From positions 1-53,108 of the IMG/VR virus record IMGVR_UViG_3300000271_000005: a stretch of DNA of 53,108 bases, one strand, 5' to 3'. The translations under genes and the position numbers were made by a program. Positions 1-7,883 of the stretch are shown piece by piece (within the stretch, counting starts at the first letter, position 1; every line of letters begins with the position of its first letter). This DNA comes from a virus. The notes under the pieces are model-generated. The model made no database searches. It saw only the letters and a list, made by a program, of their open reading frames with translations, and was not told the DNA's origin.

Positions 1-82
1 TTCGGGGGAGGCTGCCCCCCCTGTTTCGGGGGAGGCTGTACCCCCTATTTCGGGGGAGGCTGTACCCCCTATTTCGGGGGAG
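1..82. repeat. 24-bp tandem repeat array, left copy (3 full units plus a partial); positions 1-81 are identical to 53028-53108
   Basis: Units at 1-24, 25-48 and 49-72 (TTCGGGGGAGGCTG..CCCCCT.T), partial unit at 73-82. Alternating G5 and C5 tracts give dyad symmetry. Confidence 0.95.
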
Positions 83-528
83 TACGAACCTGACCGCTTC
101 CAGGCGAATGAAGCGACCTTTATGTCGCGCTCCTTGGCCTGATTGAAGAGAAATTCTTCGTAGTCGTCGAAAAGTTTCTGTGTCAAAGCGTATTCGTTTT
201 CAGCTTGGCGGCCGTGCTGATCAGTGGTCGTGCGCTTAGCCAGATAGCCTCGCTTAATTAACGAGCGCACGCTCTTCATGAGGTTGTCGGCCTTCCTATA
301 CCCCAGGCGTTCCGCAAGCACTTCGGATTTTATTTTGATCCACTCTTGAAAATTGCTTTTGAAATTTGCTTCTGAGCCAAAGAAACTTATGAGTGTTCTT
401 TCCACCGGACTTAAATCCGGAAGGTACCAAACTGCATTCAGGCATCTGCCGCCGTGATATGCGGCTGATTTACATTCTTCGCGCAGCTGCTGGATTTCTT
501 CTTCTGTTTCGTAACTGGGGTTTGTCAT
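1..528 (-). CDS. 5' part of a junction-spanning gene: winged-helix (replication-initiator/replisome-organizer-like) protein with an SPEIGGTA repeat linker
   Basis: ATG at 528-526 is preceded by an in-frame TAG and an AAGGA SD. The frame stays open to position 1. It translates MTNPSYETEEEIQQLREECK...LGYRKADNLMKSVRSLIKRGYLAKR...SPEIGGTASPEIGGTASPETGGAASPE. It joins 52656-53027 in frame for 900 nt (299 aa) in total. Confidence 0.8.
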   Translation of the reverse strand, partial: MTNPSYETEEEIQQLREECKSAAYHGGRCLNAVWYLPDLSPVERTLISFFGSEANFKSNFQEWIKIKSEVLAERLGYRKADNLMKSVRSLIKRGYLAKRTTTDQHGRQAENEYALTQKLFDDYEEFLFNQAKERDIKVASFAWKRSGSYSPEIGGTASPEIGGTASPETGGAASPE

Positions 529-536
529 CTAAGCAT

Positions 537-562
537 CCTTGCTAAAACCTGGTTTAGCAAGG
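537..562. promoter_or_regulatory. Perfect 10-bp inverted repeat (CCTTGCTAAA n6 TTTAGCAAGG) overlapping the SD of the initiator-like gene
   Basis: The arms 537-546 and 553-562 are exact reverse complements. The AAGGA SD of the gene starting at 528 lies in one arm. Confidence 0.6.
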
Positions 563-886
563 CGTACAGCGAAGCAATTGCTGCTTGACTCGGCGGGACG
601 GCAGGACATATTCTCCCGCCGAACACAAACGAGGCCACTACAATTGGCCTTGTCTGATCACTGTAGAGTCTACAAACTCTGGTGATCGAAACTAGGGGCG
701 CTGATTCCGCCTTGAAGTTTCCTATCGATCGACGGGTCTTGGCGGACCCGCATCGAAAGTGTTCCGGGGCCGCCTATACAAATGGGCGGCCTTTGCCGGA
801 ACGTAACCCCCCTATTTATCCCTTTCTGCGTTAAAAAGAAAACCATAAAATATCCCTAAAGCTAAAAATAACGAGGGGTTTGGACC

Positions 887-1453
887 ATGGGAACATCCAG
901 GGGCAGGGTTATTATTGACGTTGGGCATGGCTGGTATGCCGAAACCGCAGCGGAACGCGGCCGATTCGATCCTGGGGTCGTGCTGCCCTGTGGTACCAAC
1001 GAGTTTATGCTCAACGCGGCCGCTGCGGCAGTGGTGATGAGCGATCTACTCGGCAGGGGCCACCGCGTCGAGTTCGTCCAGCAAGGGCTTCCGCTCTACG
1101 AGCGCGGCCGATCCGGCGCGGGCTTCGACGTCTTCCTATCGATCCACCACAACGCGCTGAATGGCCGGGCCCAGGGGGCTGAGGTCTGCGTGCACGACGA
1201 GCGGGCACTGGACCCCGATCTAAAACTGGCCGCCTCGATTGCAAAATGGGTTTCTGCTGAGCTGAAGATATCGGATCGGGGAATCAACCGGAGGGGCCTT
1301 GCGGTGCTGTCAGGAGCGCGGAAAGCGAACGCGCGGGCGGCGGTGCTCACCGAGGGATTTTTCATGGACGCACCGGGCGTGGATCTCTTTGGCTGGGCCA
1401 AGCGGGAGGGCGCGGCGATAGCGATGGCGGTTCACACGTGGCTGTCGATGTGA
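887..1453 (+). CDS. N-acetylmuramoyl-L-alanine amidase (Amidase_3 type), probable endolysin
   Basis: Motifs IIDVGHG, FLSIHHNA and LTEGFFMD, as in AmiC/CwlD-type zinc amidases. The gene is visibly GC-rich compared with its flanks. Confidence 0.8.
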   Translation: MGTSRGRVIIDVGHGWYAETAAERGRFDPGVVLPCGTNEFMLNAAAAAVVMSDLLGRGHRVEFVQQGLPLYERGRSGAGFDVFLSIHHNALNGRAQGAEVCVHDERALDPDLKLAASIAKWVSAELKISDRGINRRGLAVLSGARKANARAAVLTEGFFMDAPGVDLFGWAKREGAAIAMAVHTWLSM

Positions 1454-1502
1454 TAATTTTGCACGACGTTGAATCAAGGCAGATTAATTGAATAATGACG
1501 AA

Positions 1503-1531
1503 AGAGAGGTTTTTACACCTCTCTTTTTTTT
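1503..1531. terminator. Bidirectional rho-independent terminator
   Basis: AGAGAGGT-TTTTAC-ACCTCTCT stem-loop followed by a T7-8 run on the plus strand and preceded by an A-rich run. It sits between the amidase (+) and small minus-strand ORFs. Confidence 0.75.
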
Positions 1532-1719
1532 GTGACTGCTTTGCGAAAAAGAATCAGCAGCGCATTGCAATCGGCGTATTTATCTTCTGATGAATGGCAG
1601 GCGTATGACGGGTTTGCAGGATCACACAGAGCATGATTACCACACGCATGGCGCGCATTTTTTTCTCCATATTTCTTCTGCTGATCCTACCTTTTTCCGC
1701 TCTCCCGTGCAATAATAGC

Positions 1720-1869
1720 TTAGTTTTTCACAGACGAATTGGGCGCGTACATTGTTAAAACTCGATCTATTCTCTTGCGCAGCTCCTTAATCTCTTCATG
1801 CATTTCATGCATTTTATCGTCTATTTCTTCGAGAAAATCGAAAACCTCATCGATCTTGGATGGAAACAT
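1720..1869 (-). CDS. Small coiled-coil protein (49 aa), below the ORF-track size cut-off
   Basis: Hand translation gives MFPSKIDEVFDFLEEIDDKMHEMHEEIKELRKRIDRVLTMYAPNSSVKN. A GGGAG lies about 9 nt upstream. Confidence 0.35.
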   Translation of the reverse strand: MFPSKIDEVFDFLEEIDDKMHEMHEEIKELRKRIDRVLTMYAPNSSVKN

Positions 1870-1919
1870 TCAGGGCTCCCAGCGTGCGCGGTTAATCATT
1901 TTTGGAAAGGGCTTGAAGA

Positions 1920-2411
1920 ATGATATCTGATTCGATTGACCTTTACAAAATTCCTGAGACTCTGATCTATCGCATTGCGCTGGAGACAGGCGTCGATGCC
2001 TTGCTAATTTCTGCGATCATCATCAAGGAAAGCGGCGGCAACCGCTGGGCTCAGCAGTATCAGCCGGGCTATCCATATCTGCACAAGGTCAATGAGTTCG
2101 CGCGATCGATCGGCTGTTCGTACGTGACCGAGCTGCACATGCAGAGGACGTCGTGGGGCATGATGCAGATCATGGGCGGCACGGCCCGCTTTCTCGGCTT
2201 CCGGGGATGGTTCGGAGAGCTCATGGAACCGGAAACCAATATTCGCTTCGGCGCGCGGCTGCTGTCGAACCTGCGGAAAACATATGGACTCGAGGCGGAC
2301 GTCATCTCTGCTTATAACCAGGGCCAGCCGTTCAAGACGCCGCAAGGCCGCTACAAAAATCAGGAGTACGTGGACGATATTTTGAAAATCAAGAGGAGGC
2401 TCAGGAAATGA
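1920..2411 (+). CDS. Lytic transglycosylase (SLT domain)
   Basis: Catalytic IIKESGGN, GMMQI and SAYNQG motifs typical of the goose-lysozyme-like SLT fold. Confidence 0.8.
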   Translation: MISDSIDLYKIPETLIYRIALETGVDALLISAIIIKESGGNRWAQQYQPGYPYLHKVNEFARSIGCSYVTELHMQRTSWGMMQIMGGTARFLGFRGWFGELMEPETNIRFGARLLSNLRKTYGLEADVISAYNQGQPFKTPQGRYKNQEYVDDILKIKRRLRK

Positions 2412-2626
2412 ACTACTGGCTGGACGTACTCGGATGGACGGGAACAGTGATTTTGTTTTTCAGCTATTTCATGAGCGAACGCAAGGCGCTCCATGCCGTC
2501 GCGCTTTTTGCCTGCGTCCTTAAAATGATATATAGCTATCATCACAACGTCTGGCCGCTGTTTACGAACTGGGTGATACTGATCCCTGTTCACATTCTTC
2601 AAATCATTAAGCTGAGGGCGAAATGA
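2408..2626 (+). CDS. Small two-TM membrane protein, holin-like candidate
   Basis: 72 aa with two hydrophobic helices. ATGA overlap with the SLT gene suggests translational coupling. Confidence 0.45.
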   Translation: MNYWLDVLGWTGTVILFFSYFMSERKALHAVALFACVLKMIYSYHHNVWPLFTNWVILIPVHILQIIKLRAK

Positions 2627-2847
2627 GGTTTCGCATGGCGCAATATCTTGTCATTGCCGCGGTGCTTGAAAAGCACGGCTACGAGGTCGTGCGCTCGATG
2701 GACCAAAAAACGATTTATGTGACGAGAAATAAAAATCCCTCCAGCGGCCGCGAGATCATTTCGATCTTCGACCGGGAGGGCATGCTAAGTTACCTCGATT
2801 ATATCGAACCTCAAGCCCTGAGGATGTGGAAAATTACCCTCGTTTAA
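2623..2847 (+). CDS. Hypothetical protein
   Basis: 74-aa ORF whose start overlaps the stop of the previous gene. No motif recognised. Confidence 0.4.
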   Translation: MRFRMAQYLVIAAVLEKHGYEVVRSMDQKTIYVTRNKNPSSGREIISIFDREGMLSYLDYIEPQALRMWKITLV

Positions 2848-3494
2848 TGCTGCTCCTGATCGCTCCCGCCTGCCGCTGGACTCGCGCACTTCATCGTAGG
2901 CCGCAGAACATTCGTTGCAAACCTGCCCAGGTAATTGCCGGGTGGGCTGTAGCGGCAAACGTGGAAAACTCCCTGTGGGCAGCTGGCAGAAGCGCAGCCA
3001 AGCTCACGCGTTTCTTTCCAAACCATTTGCGTAAAGTGCATGTAGCGGGTAGGCGGAGTGCTTACGCCGTAGGGATAATCCGTGCCCTCTCCAGCCCACA
3101 TGGCCATGGCTCCGGACGGTGTTAAGCGCGTGCCGATAGCCAGATTCTCGCCGAACTGTCCAGCGCCGTCGTCGTGACGAAACTGGCAGCGATTGGCCCA
3201 TGCCTGAGCCGACTCCGCAAGCTTTTGCGACCAGCCGAGTAGCGCGACGCCGTGGTCGCAGCGCAGCGCATTGTGCTCCTGGCTCCATACGTTTTTCGCG
3301 GGTTGCGGCGGCTTTTGAGCTGGCGGGGGGACAGGGACAGGCGCGGGCTTCGGCGCCGGAACAGGCACAGGAATGGGCACAGGATACTGCGGTCCTTGTT
3401 CCAGCGGAAGCGGCCATCCGGGATGCTTTTCCGAATTATGATCGTCGCTACAAGAAAAAACAGACAGAGACAAAAACAGCAATGCGAACCGCAT
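2844..3494 (-). CDS. Secreted CAP/SCP/PR-1 superfamily lipoprotein
   Basis: Lipobox LSVFSC, then a P/V-rich linker, then CAP motifs GENL, HFTQMVW and VCRYSPPGNY. Confidence 0.8.
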   Translation of the reverse strand: MRFALLFLSLSVFSCSDDHNSEKHPGWPLPLEQGPQYPVPIPVPVPAPKPAPVPVPPPAQKPPQPAKNVWSQEHNALRCDHGVALLGWSQKLAESAQAWANRCQFRHDDGAGQFGENLAIGTRLTPSGAMAMWAGEGTDYPYGVSTPPTRYMHFTQMVWKETRELGCASASCPQGVFHVCRYSPPGNYLGRFATNVLRPTMKCASPAAGGSDQEQH

Positions 3495-3594
3495 GCGCCC
3501 CTCCGGTTGATGACCAATCCTTTTTTTTCAGCCCTATCAATATGGGCTGTCGTATACTCGTTTTCAACAGTCAAAAATCAAAGGATGGTGTCTC

Positions 3595-5019
3595 ATGCGA
3601 ATGTTGCTAGGGATTTTTTTATCTCTCGTCTCCGCTTCGGCGTTTGGAAAAGTGGTTGAGGACGAATATATCGTCGTCCTTAAGCCCGGGGTCAGTCTCA
3701 ACTGGTATGCGGCCGATGCCGTCGTGCAGACGTTTCCCTCCATCAACGGGATGCTCGTGCGAACCGATAGCCCGGATGATTTTTCCGTTGATGAAGGTGT
3801 CGCTTACATCGAACCAAACTATGAGTTTGAGGTGCTCGGCAGCTGGGGCCTGGATCGGATCGACCAGCGCTCGGGCACCGATGGAAAATACACCTACAGC
3901 GCCACGGGTCAGGGCGTCACGGCCTACGTCATCGACACCGGTATCGCTCCGCACGCTGATTTCGGCGGGCGCCTTCTGCCTGGCTATTCAGGGCTCGGCG
4001 GTGACACCGTCGACTGCCACGGACACGGAACGCATGTCGCCGGGACAATCGGCGGCACCGAGTTCGGGGTTGCCAAGAAAGTCTCGCTCGTCCCTGTGAA
4101 AGTGCTCGACTGCCAGGGGTCAGGAACCAGCGCCAGCGTGCTCGCAGGTATCGAATGGGTTACAGCGAACGCGAAGCTCCCGGCCGTCGCAAACATGTCG
4201 CTCGGCTCTCCGAAGTCGCAGGCTGTAAACGACGCCGTGACGAGGGCTATCCAGCGCGGGGTCGTGTTCGCTGTGGCTGCAGGCAACAGCTCGGACGACG
4301 CCTGTAACTACTCCCCAGCCAGCACCCCGGCTGCTATCACCGCGGCCGCGAGCGATAACGGAGACAACCAGGCCTCGTTCAGTAGCTTCGGCCGCTGCGT
4401 GGACGTGTACGCTCCCGGCGTCAATATCATGTCCGACGCGCCGGGGGGTGGATCTCAAAGCATGTCCGGTACGAGTATGGCATCGCCGCACGTCGCTGGA
4501 GCCGTCGCCCTTCTCCTGGAGAAAAACCCAGGCTCGTCGCCCGCTCAGATCGCAGGTCTGCTCACGAGCAATGCGACCCAGGGGGCTATCAGAAACCCCG
4601 GCGCTGGTACGCCGAACCTTCTGATCTATACGAACCCAGGCGCAGCGCAGCCCGCTCCAGGACCGGGGCCGAAGCCAGACCCAGAGACACCCGCGGCGTG
4701 CGCCGATCCTCGCATGTGCCTTAAGCTGACCGGATCTCTCGACAAGCAAAAGTCCTACATGCAGGTGCCGGTCGGCGACTATGTAGTCGTGAACTATGCG
4801 CGGCCGATTGAGATCTTCGTGAAGGGGACGACCGACTTCGATATCCAGCTCTTCGTAAGCTCAGACGGCAAGACCTGGAAGACGGCGGCGAAGTCCACCG
4901 CAGCTGGCCAGGCGGAAACTCTGCGATATCAGGCGACCGAAAATGGTTTTTATTCGTGGATGATTTTCCTCAAAAACCCAGACGCTCCCGGCAAATTCGA
5001 GCAGTGGTTCGTCCGCTAA
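3595..5019 (+). CDS. Secreted subtilisin-like serine protease (S8, proteinase-K-like) with I9 propeptide and C-terminal PPC-like domain
   Basis: Signal peptide, YIVVLK propeptide, triad motifs YVIDTGI, HGHGTHVAGT and GTSMASPHVAG, oxyanion AAGN. Confidence 0.9.
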   Translation: MRMLLGIFLSLVSASAFGKVVEDEYIVVLKPGVSLNWYAADAVVQTFPSINGMLVRTDSPDDFSVDEGVAYIEPNYEFEVLGSWGLDRIDQRSGTDGKYTYSATGQGVTAYVIDTGIAPHADFGGRLLPGYSGLGGDTVDCHGHGTHVAGTIGGTEFGVAKKVSLVPVKVLDCQGSGTSASVLAGIEWVTANAKLPAVANMSLGSPKSQAVNDAVTRAIQRGVVFAVAAGNSSDDACNYSPASTPAAITAAASDNGDNQASFSSFGRCVDVYAPGVNIMSDAPGGGSQSMSGTSMASPHVAGAVALLLEKNPGSSPAQIAGLLTSNATQGAIRNPGAGTPNLLIYTNPGAAQPAPGPGPKPDPETPAACADPRMCLKLTGSLDKQKSYMQVPVGDYVVVNYARPIEIFVKGTTDFDIQLFVSSDGKTWKTAAKSTAAGQAETLRYQATENGFYSWMIFLKNPDAPGKFEQWFVR

Positions 5020-5269
5020 GCAGCCCGCCGTTAAATCTTCCGCGAAGCCTTGATTCCGGCTGGACTTCGCCTTGCTTTCCCGCCTTGCGTGTTATAAAAA
5101 ATGCCTGCCCAGACGTGATCAAAAAACCCCTGTTGGGATTTTCGATAATACTGTTTTTTTCGTCTGGAATGTTCGAAACGTGGCAACTTGCAAAGTGATC
5201 AAGATCCATCCAGAAATCATCTGTTAAATAGTGCAACGTATCGACGCATTCACACACTAAGGAGTCAAA

Positions 5270-5356
5270 ATGAATATAGAGGATATCCTTCCAGGGACTA
5301 GACCAAAAATCCCAGAATCAAGCAGGCCCTGGGGCCAGCCATTCCCGATAATTTAA
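5270..5356 (+). CDS. Tiny ORF (28 aa)
   Basis: Strong AAGGAG SD 7 nt before the ATG. Translates MNIEDILPGTRPKIPESSRPWGQPFPII. Confidence 0.3.
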   Translation: MNIEDILPGTRPKIPESSRPWGQPFPII

Positions 5357-5387
5357 CATCTTTTTTATGATTTGATGAGGTAGAGGG

Positions 5388-5615
5388 ATGGGCATAAAGC
5401 TGACGATAGGCGATGGTTCTACTGGGGTACATTGGCGGCAAACGGACGGTGACGAGTTTTTTCTCGATTTGCGTTTTACTCCGAGGCAGCATGCTATCGG
5501 TGCGGATGCTTCTGAGGAAAGTGCTGACCCAGACGTGTCCATAAAATTCACAAATACGCGGTCGATAGGCGTTATGATTTGGGCTCTATCGGAGATCCTG
5601 CAGAGGATGCGCTAG
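5388..5615 (+). CDS. Hypothetical small protein
   Basis: 75-aa ORF with a GAGG-type SD. Confidence 0.5.
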   Translation: MGIKLTIGDGSTGVHWRQTDGDEFFLDLRFTPRQHAIGADASEESADPDVSIKFTNTRSIGVMIWALSEILQRMR

Positions 5616-5674
5616 GGTCATAGCGTGCAATTCTGTAGCCCAGTAAACAAATTGTTTTTATATCGAGGTCAACT

Positions 5675-5887
5675 GTGGACGTAAATCCGAAAAAGGGTTT
5701 GGAAGCCTTGAAGGCCCTGAAGCATACCGGGAAAACGCTCTCATGGGATGATATCAATCTATTGATTGACCTGATAATTTTGCTGGACCGGAAGGAAAAT
5801 CTTTTGGAGAGAATCCGCGTGAAAGCGATGCAGACAGGTTGGATGGATAAGCTGACTGAAGCGCTCGGCGAGGAACTAAATGCTTGA
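5675..5887 (+). CDS. Hypothetical small protein
   Basis: 70-aa ORF with a GTG start and a GAGG SD. Confidence 0.5.
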   Translation: MDVNPKKGLEALKALKHTGKTLSWDDINLLIDLIILLDRKENLLERIRVKAMQTGWMDKLTEALGEELNA

Positions 5888-5967
5888 GTTGTAGCGCGTT
5901 ACTCTAATGATCAAATAAGAAGACCATACAAATCGAATGTGAACAATTGAGCTATGAAGGTGACGGG

Positions 5968-6159
5968 ATGAGCGATGACTACCCCGCTTGGAAGCTGCAC
6001 CGCTACGAGCAGCCCTTCGATGGCGGCCGGGAAACGGATGTGATTTACTCTTGCTCCCTGTGCGATGGTAAAAATTGGAGCCGCGAGGAGTTTGCTGCAA
6101 CACCAGATATGGCAGTGATTCGGGTCATGCGTTCCTTGGATGAGGTGACGGGAAGATGA
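5968..6159 (+). CDS. Hypothetical small Cys-containing protein
   Basis: ATG preceded by the conserved GGTGACGGG cassette. The track ORF 5947-6159 starts at an upstream TTG. Confidence 0.55.
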   Translation: MSDDYPAWKLHRYEQPFDGGRETDVIYSCSLCDGKNWSREEFAATPDMAVIRVMRSLDEVTGR

Positions 6160-6431
6160 GCATGCTGGAACATCTGAAACAGCTTGAGCAAGAGGCCCGC
6201 GAGGCTGCTGATTCTGACTTTGATAATACGGACGAGCGCATGGATACGGCTGAGAGTTTTGATTTTGCCTATGCCCTGCAAGGTGCTTGGCCCAAACTCC
6301 TGGCCGTGGTCGAGGCGTTCAAGGCAATGAATCTTCGCTGTGACGCAGAAGATCCGTTCGATGACGAGCCGGCTTGTGGTGACTGTGAAGTCTGCCGGGT
6401 AAATGCCCTGCTTGCTGAGGTGACGGGATGA
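6156..6431 (+). CDS. Hypothetical acidic small protein
   Basis: 91 aa. ATGA overlap with the previous gene and the same GGTGACGGGA SD cassette. Confidence 0.55.
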   Translation: MSMLEHLKQLEQEAREAADSDFDNTDERMDTAESFDFAYALQGAWPKLLAVVEAFKAMNLRCDAEDPFDDEPACGDCEVCRVNALLAEVTG

Positions 6432-6625
6432 GCAAAGAAAAAAGCTACAAGATAAAAGATGATCTCTATATTGGAATATTTCAAGGTCGTAGCAATGCGG
6501 GGCCTTTGAGAACCTATATTAGCATAAGCGATGATGAAAACCCAGGGATTGGTGAATGGCTCACTCTAGCGGAAGCTCGGAAGCTTTTAAAAGCTTTGAG
6601 CCGACTGCTGAAGGCTGAGTTGTAG
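6428..6625 (+). CDS. Hypothetical small protein
   Basis: 65 aa. ATGA overlap and the same SD cassette. Confidence 0.55.
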   Translation: MSKEKSYKIKDDLYIGIFQGRSNAGPLRTYISISDDENPGIGEWLTLAEARKLLKALSRLLKAEL

Positions 6626-6709
6626 CGCGCAAGGCGACCGATAAGTCAATGAAAGACGTGGCGATTGGTGCTAGACTTTCCGTATTCAAAAACCTTTGGA
6701 GTACGGAAC

Positions 6710-7381
6710 ATGAAAAAATTGTTGGGACTTTTGCTTTTGCTGCCGTCGATGCTCAGTGCTCAAACCATGGTAAACGAAAGCCGCACCAGCTCAAGCGGCC
6801 CTGGCATTGGTCCTTCGATGGCCTTCTCGGAAGTCGAGTACGAGACGCAGTCGGATCGCGTTTTCACATACAAGCGTAAAACGCTGGGCCTTGCAGTAAA
6901 CAATCCTCTGAACAATTACGTGAGCGTGATGTTTCAGGGCGGCTATAACTTCAAGGCCGAGTTTGAGGACGGCAGCGACGACGGCCATGGCTATACACTC
7001 GGCGCGGGACTGAACGGAGTTTTTTACCATATCCCCGTGGCCAAGTTCGTCGGATACGGCCTCGTAGAATATCAGGCAGATTCTTTCGAATACGAATACG
7101 GCGACGCCGATCTGAATTCGACAGATCTCCACGTCGGAGCGCTCGCGCTGTTCCCGATTGCGCCGAAGCTCGACGTCTACGTCGGCCTTGATCTGGTCCC
7201 ATTCAGCGACGGGAGCATCGAATATTCCATGAAATATAATGACAACGTGGTGCGCAAGCGGAAGGTCAGCTTCGAGCGCGACGAGATGCTCGGCGTGAAG
7301 ATCGGCGCAAATATTGGATCCGTGCGGCCCGAGCTTACGCTTGGCAGCGAAAAGACGTTTGCCTTGACCGCTACTTTCTAA
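6710..7381 (+). CDS. Outer-membrane beta-barrel protein (OmpA-barrel/OMP_b-brl-like)
   Basis: Signal peptide MKKLLGLLLLLPSMLSAQT, alternating amphipathic strands, C-terminal TATF. GGAG SD before the ATG at 6710. Confidence 0.7.
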   Translation: MKKLLGLLLLLPSMLSAQTMVNESRTSSSGPGIGPSMAFSEVEYETQSDRVFTYKRKTLGLAVNNPLNNYVSVMFQGGYNFKAEFEDGSDDGHGYTLGAGLNGVFYHIPVAKFVGYGLVEYQADSFEYEYGDADLNSTDLHVGALALFPIAPKLDVYVGLDLVPFSDGSIEYSMKYNDNVVRKRKVSFERDEMLGVKIGANIGSVRPELTLGSEKTFALTATF

Positions 7382-7441
7382 GAAACCCTGCCCCCCGGTG
7401 CGGGGCACGGAGCAGAGAGCAGGCCGACGGCAAAAAGTAAT

Positions 7442-7627
7442 TTACGCATGGCAATCGACCTCTATTAGCTTGAGTTCCCGCACGGCTTTCCTGGGCTGCT
7501 GATCGTCCTCAGGATAGTCGGGCACGAACAGGCGCACGGCCCGGTCAAGATTTTCAACGGCCTTTAAAAGCCGATCTATGCGCTCTTCCGCCCGCTTGTC
7601 TCTTAATTTATAAAGAACTTGTGACAT
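7442..7627 (-). CDS. Hypothetical small protein (MSQVLY... family)
   Basis: 61-aa ORF with an AGGA upstream. Its N-terminus resembles that of the 7704-7880 ORF. Confidence 0.5.
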   Translation of the reverse strand: MSQVLYKLRDKRAEERIDRLLKAVENLDRAVRLFVPDYPEDDQQPRKAVRELKLIEVDCHA

Positions 7628-7703
7628 GGTGATATTTTCCTAGGCACGAGGGATATGCTTACCGAGGCCGGTTCTATCATCCATCCGAAGGAAAAAACAA
7701 GTG

Positions 7704-7880
7704 TCAGGGATTACTAGGGACGAGAGTCAAATGCGATTTCGGATTCTTTTCAGCGTCCCGTCGCGTAACCATTTCGCGCAGGATCGCTATCATTTCAGCC
7801 TGTTGCTTTATCATGTCTTTGATTGTCTGATTTCGCTGATCCTCGTACTTTTTCAAATAATCGTACAGTATTTGAGACAT
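7704..7880 (-). CDS. Hypothetical small protein (58 aa), below the track cut-off
   Basis: Hand translation gives MSQILYDYLKKYEDQRNQTIKDMIKQQAEMIAILREMVTRRDAEKNPKSHLTLVPSNP. GGAG SD 8 nt upstream. The gene starts 3 nt after the upstream stop. Confidence 0.5.
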   Translation of the reverse strand: MSQILYDYLKKYEDQRNQTIKDMIKQQAEMIAILREMVTRRDAEKNPKSHLTLVPSNP

Positions 7881-7883
7881 TTT

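Noticed and set aside
1554-1670. 38-aa minus-strand ORF (MEKKMRAMRVVIMLCVILQ...) as a possible o-spanin lipoprotein
   Set aside because: The lipobox is non-canonical (IMLC), there is no convincing SD, and there is no partner i-spanin. This is too weak to call.
3004-3659. Stack of overlapping ORFs (3004-3417, 3122-3574, 3200-3610, 3252-3659) around the CAP gene
   Set aside because: All are alternative frames of the Pro/Ala/Val-rich linker DNA of the CAP lipoprotein gene. Only the 2844-3494 frame has a signal peptide and domain motifs.
4120-4749. 209-aa minus-strand ORF inside the subtilase gene
   Set aside because: It is antisense to a gene with a complete catalytic triad and has an arginine-rich shadow-ORF composition.
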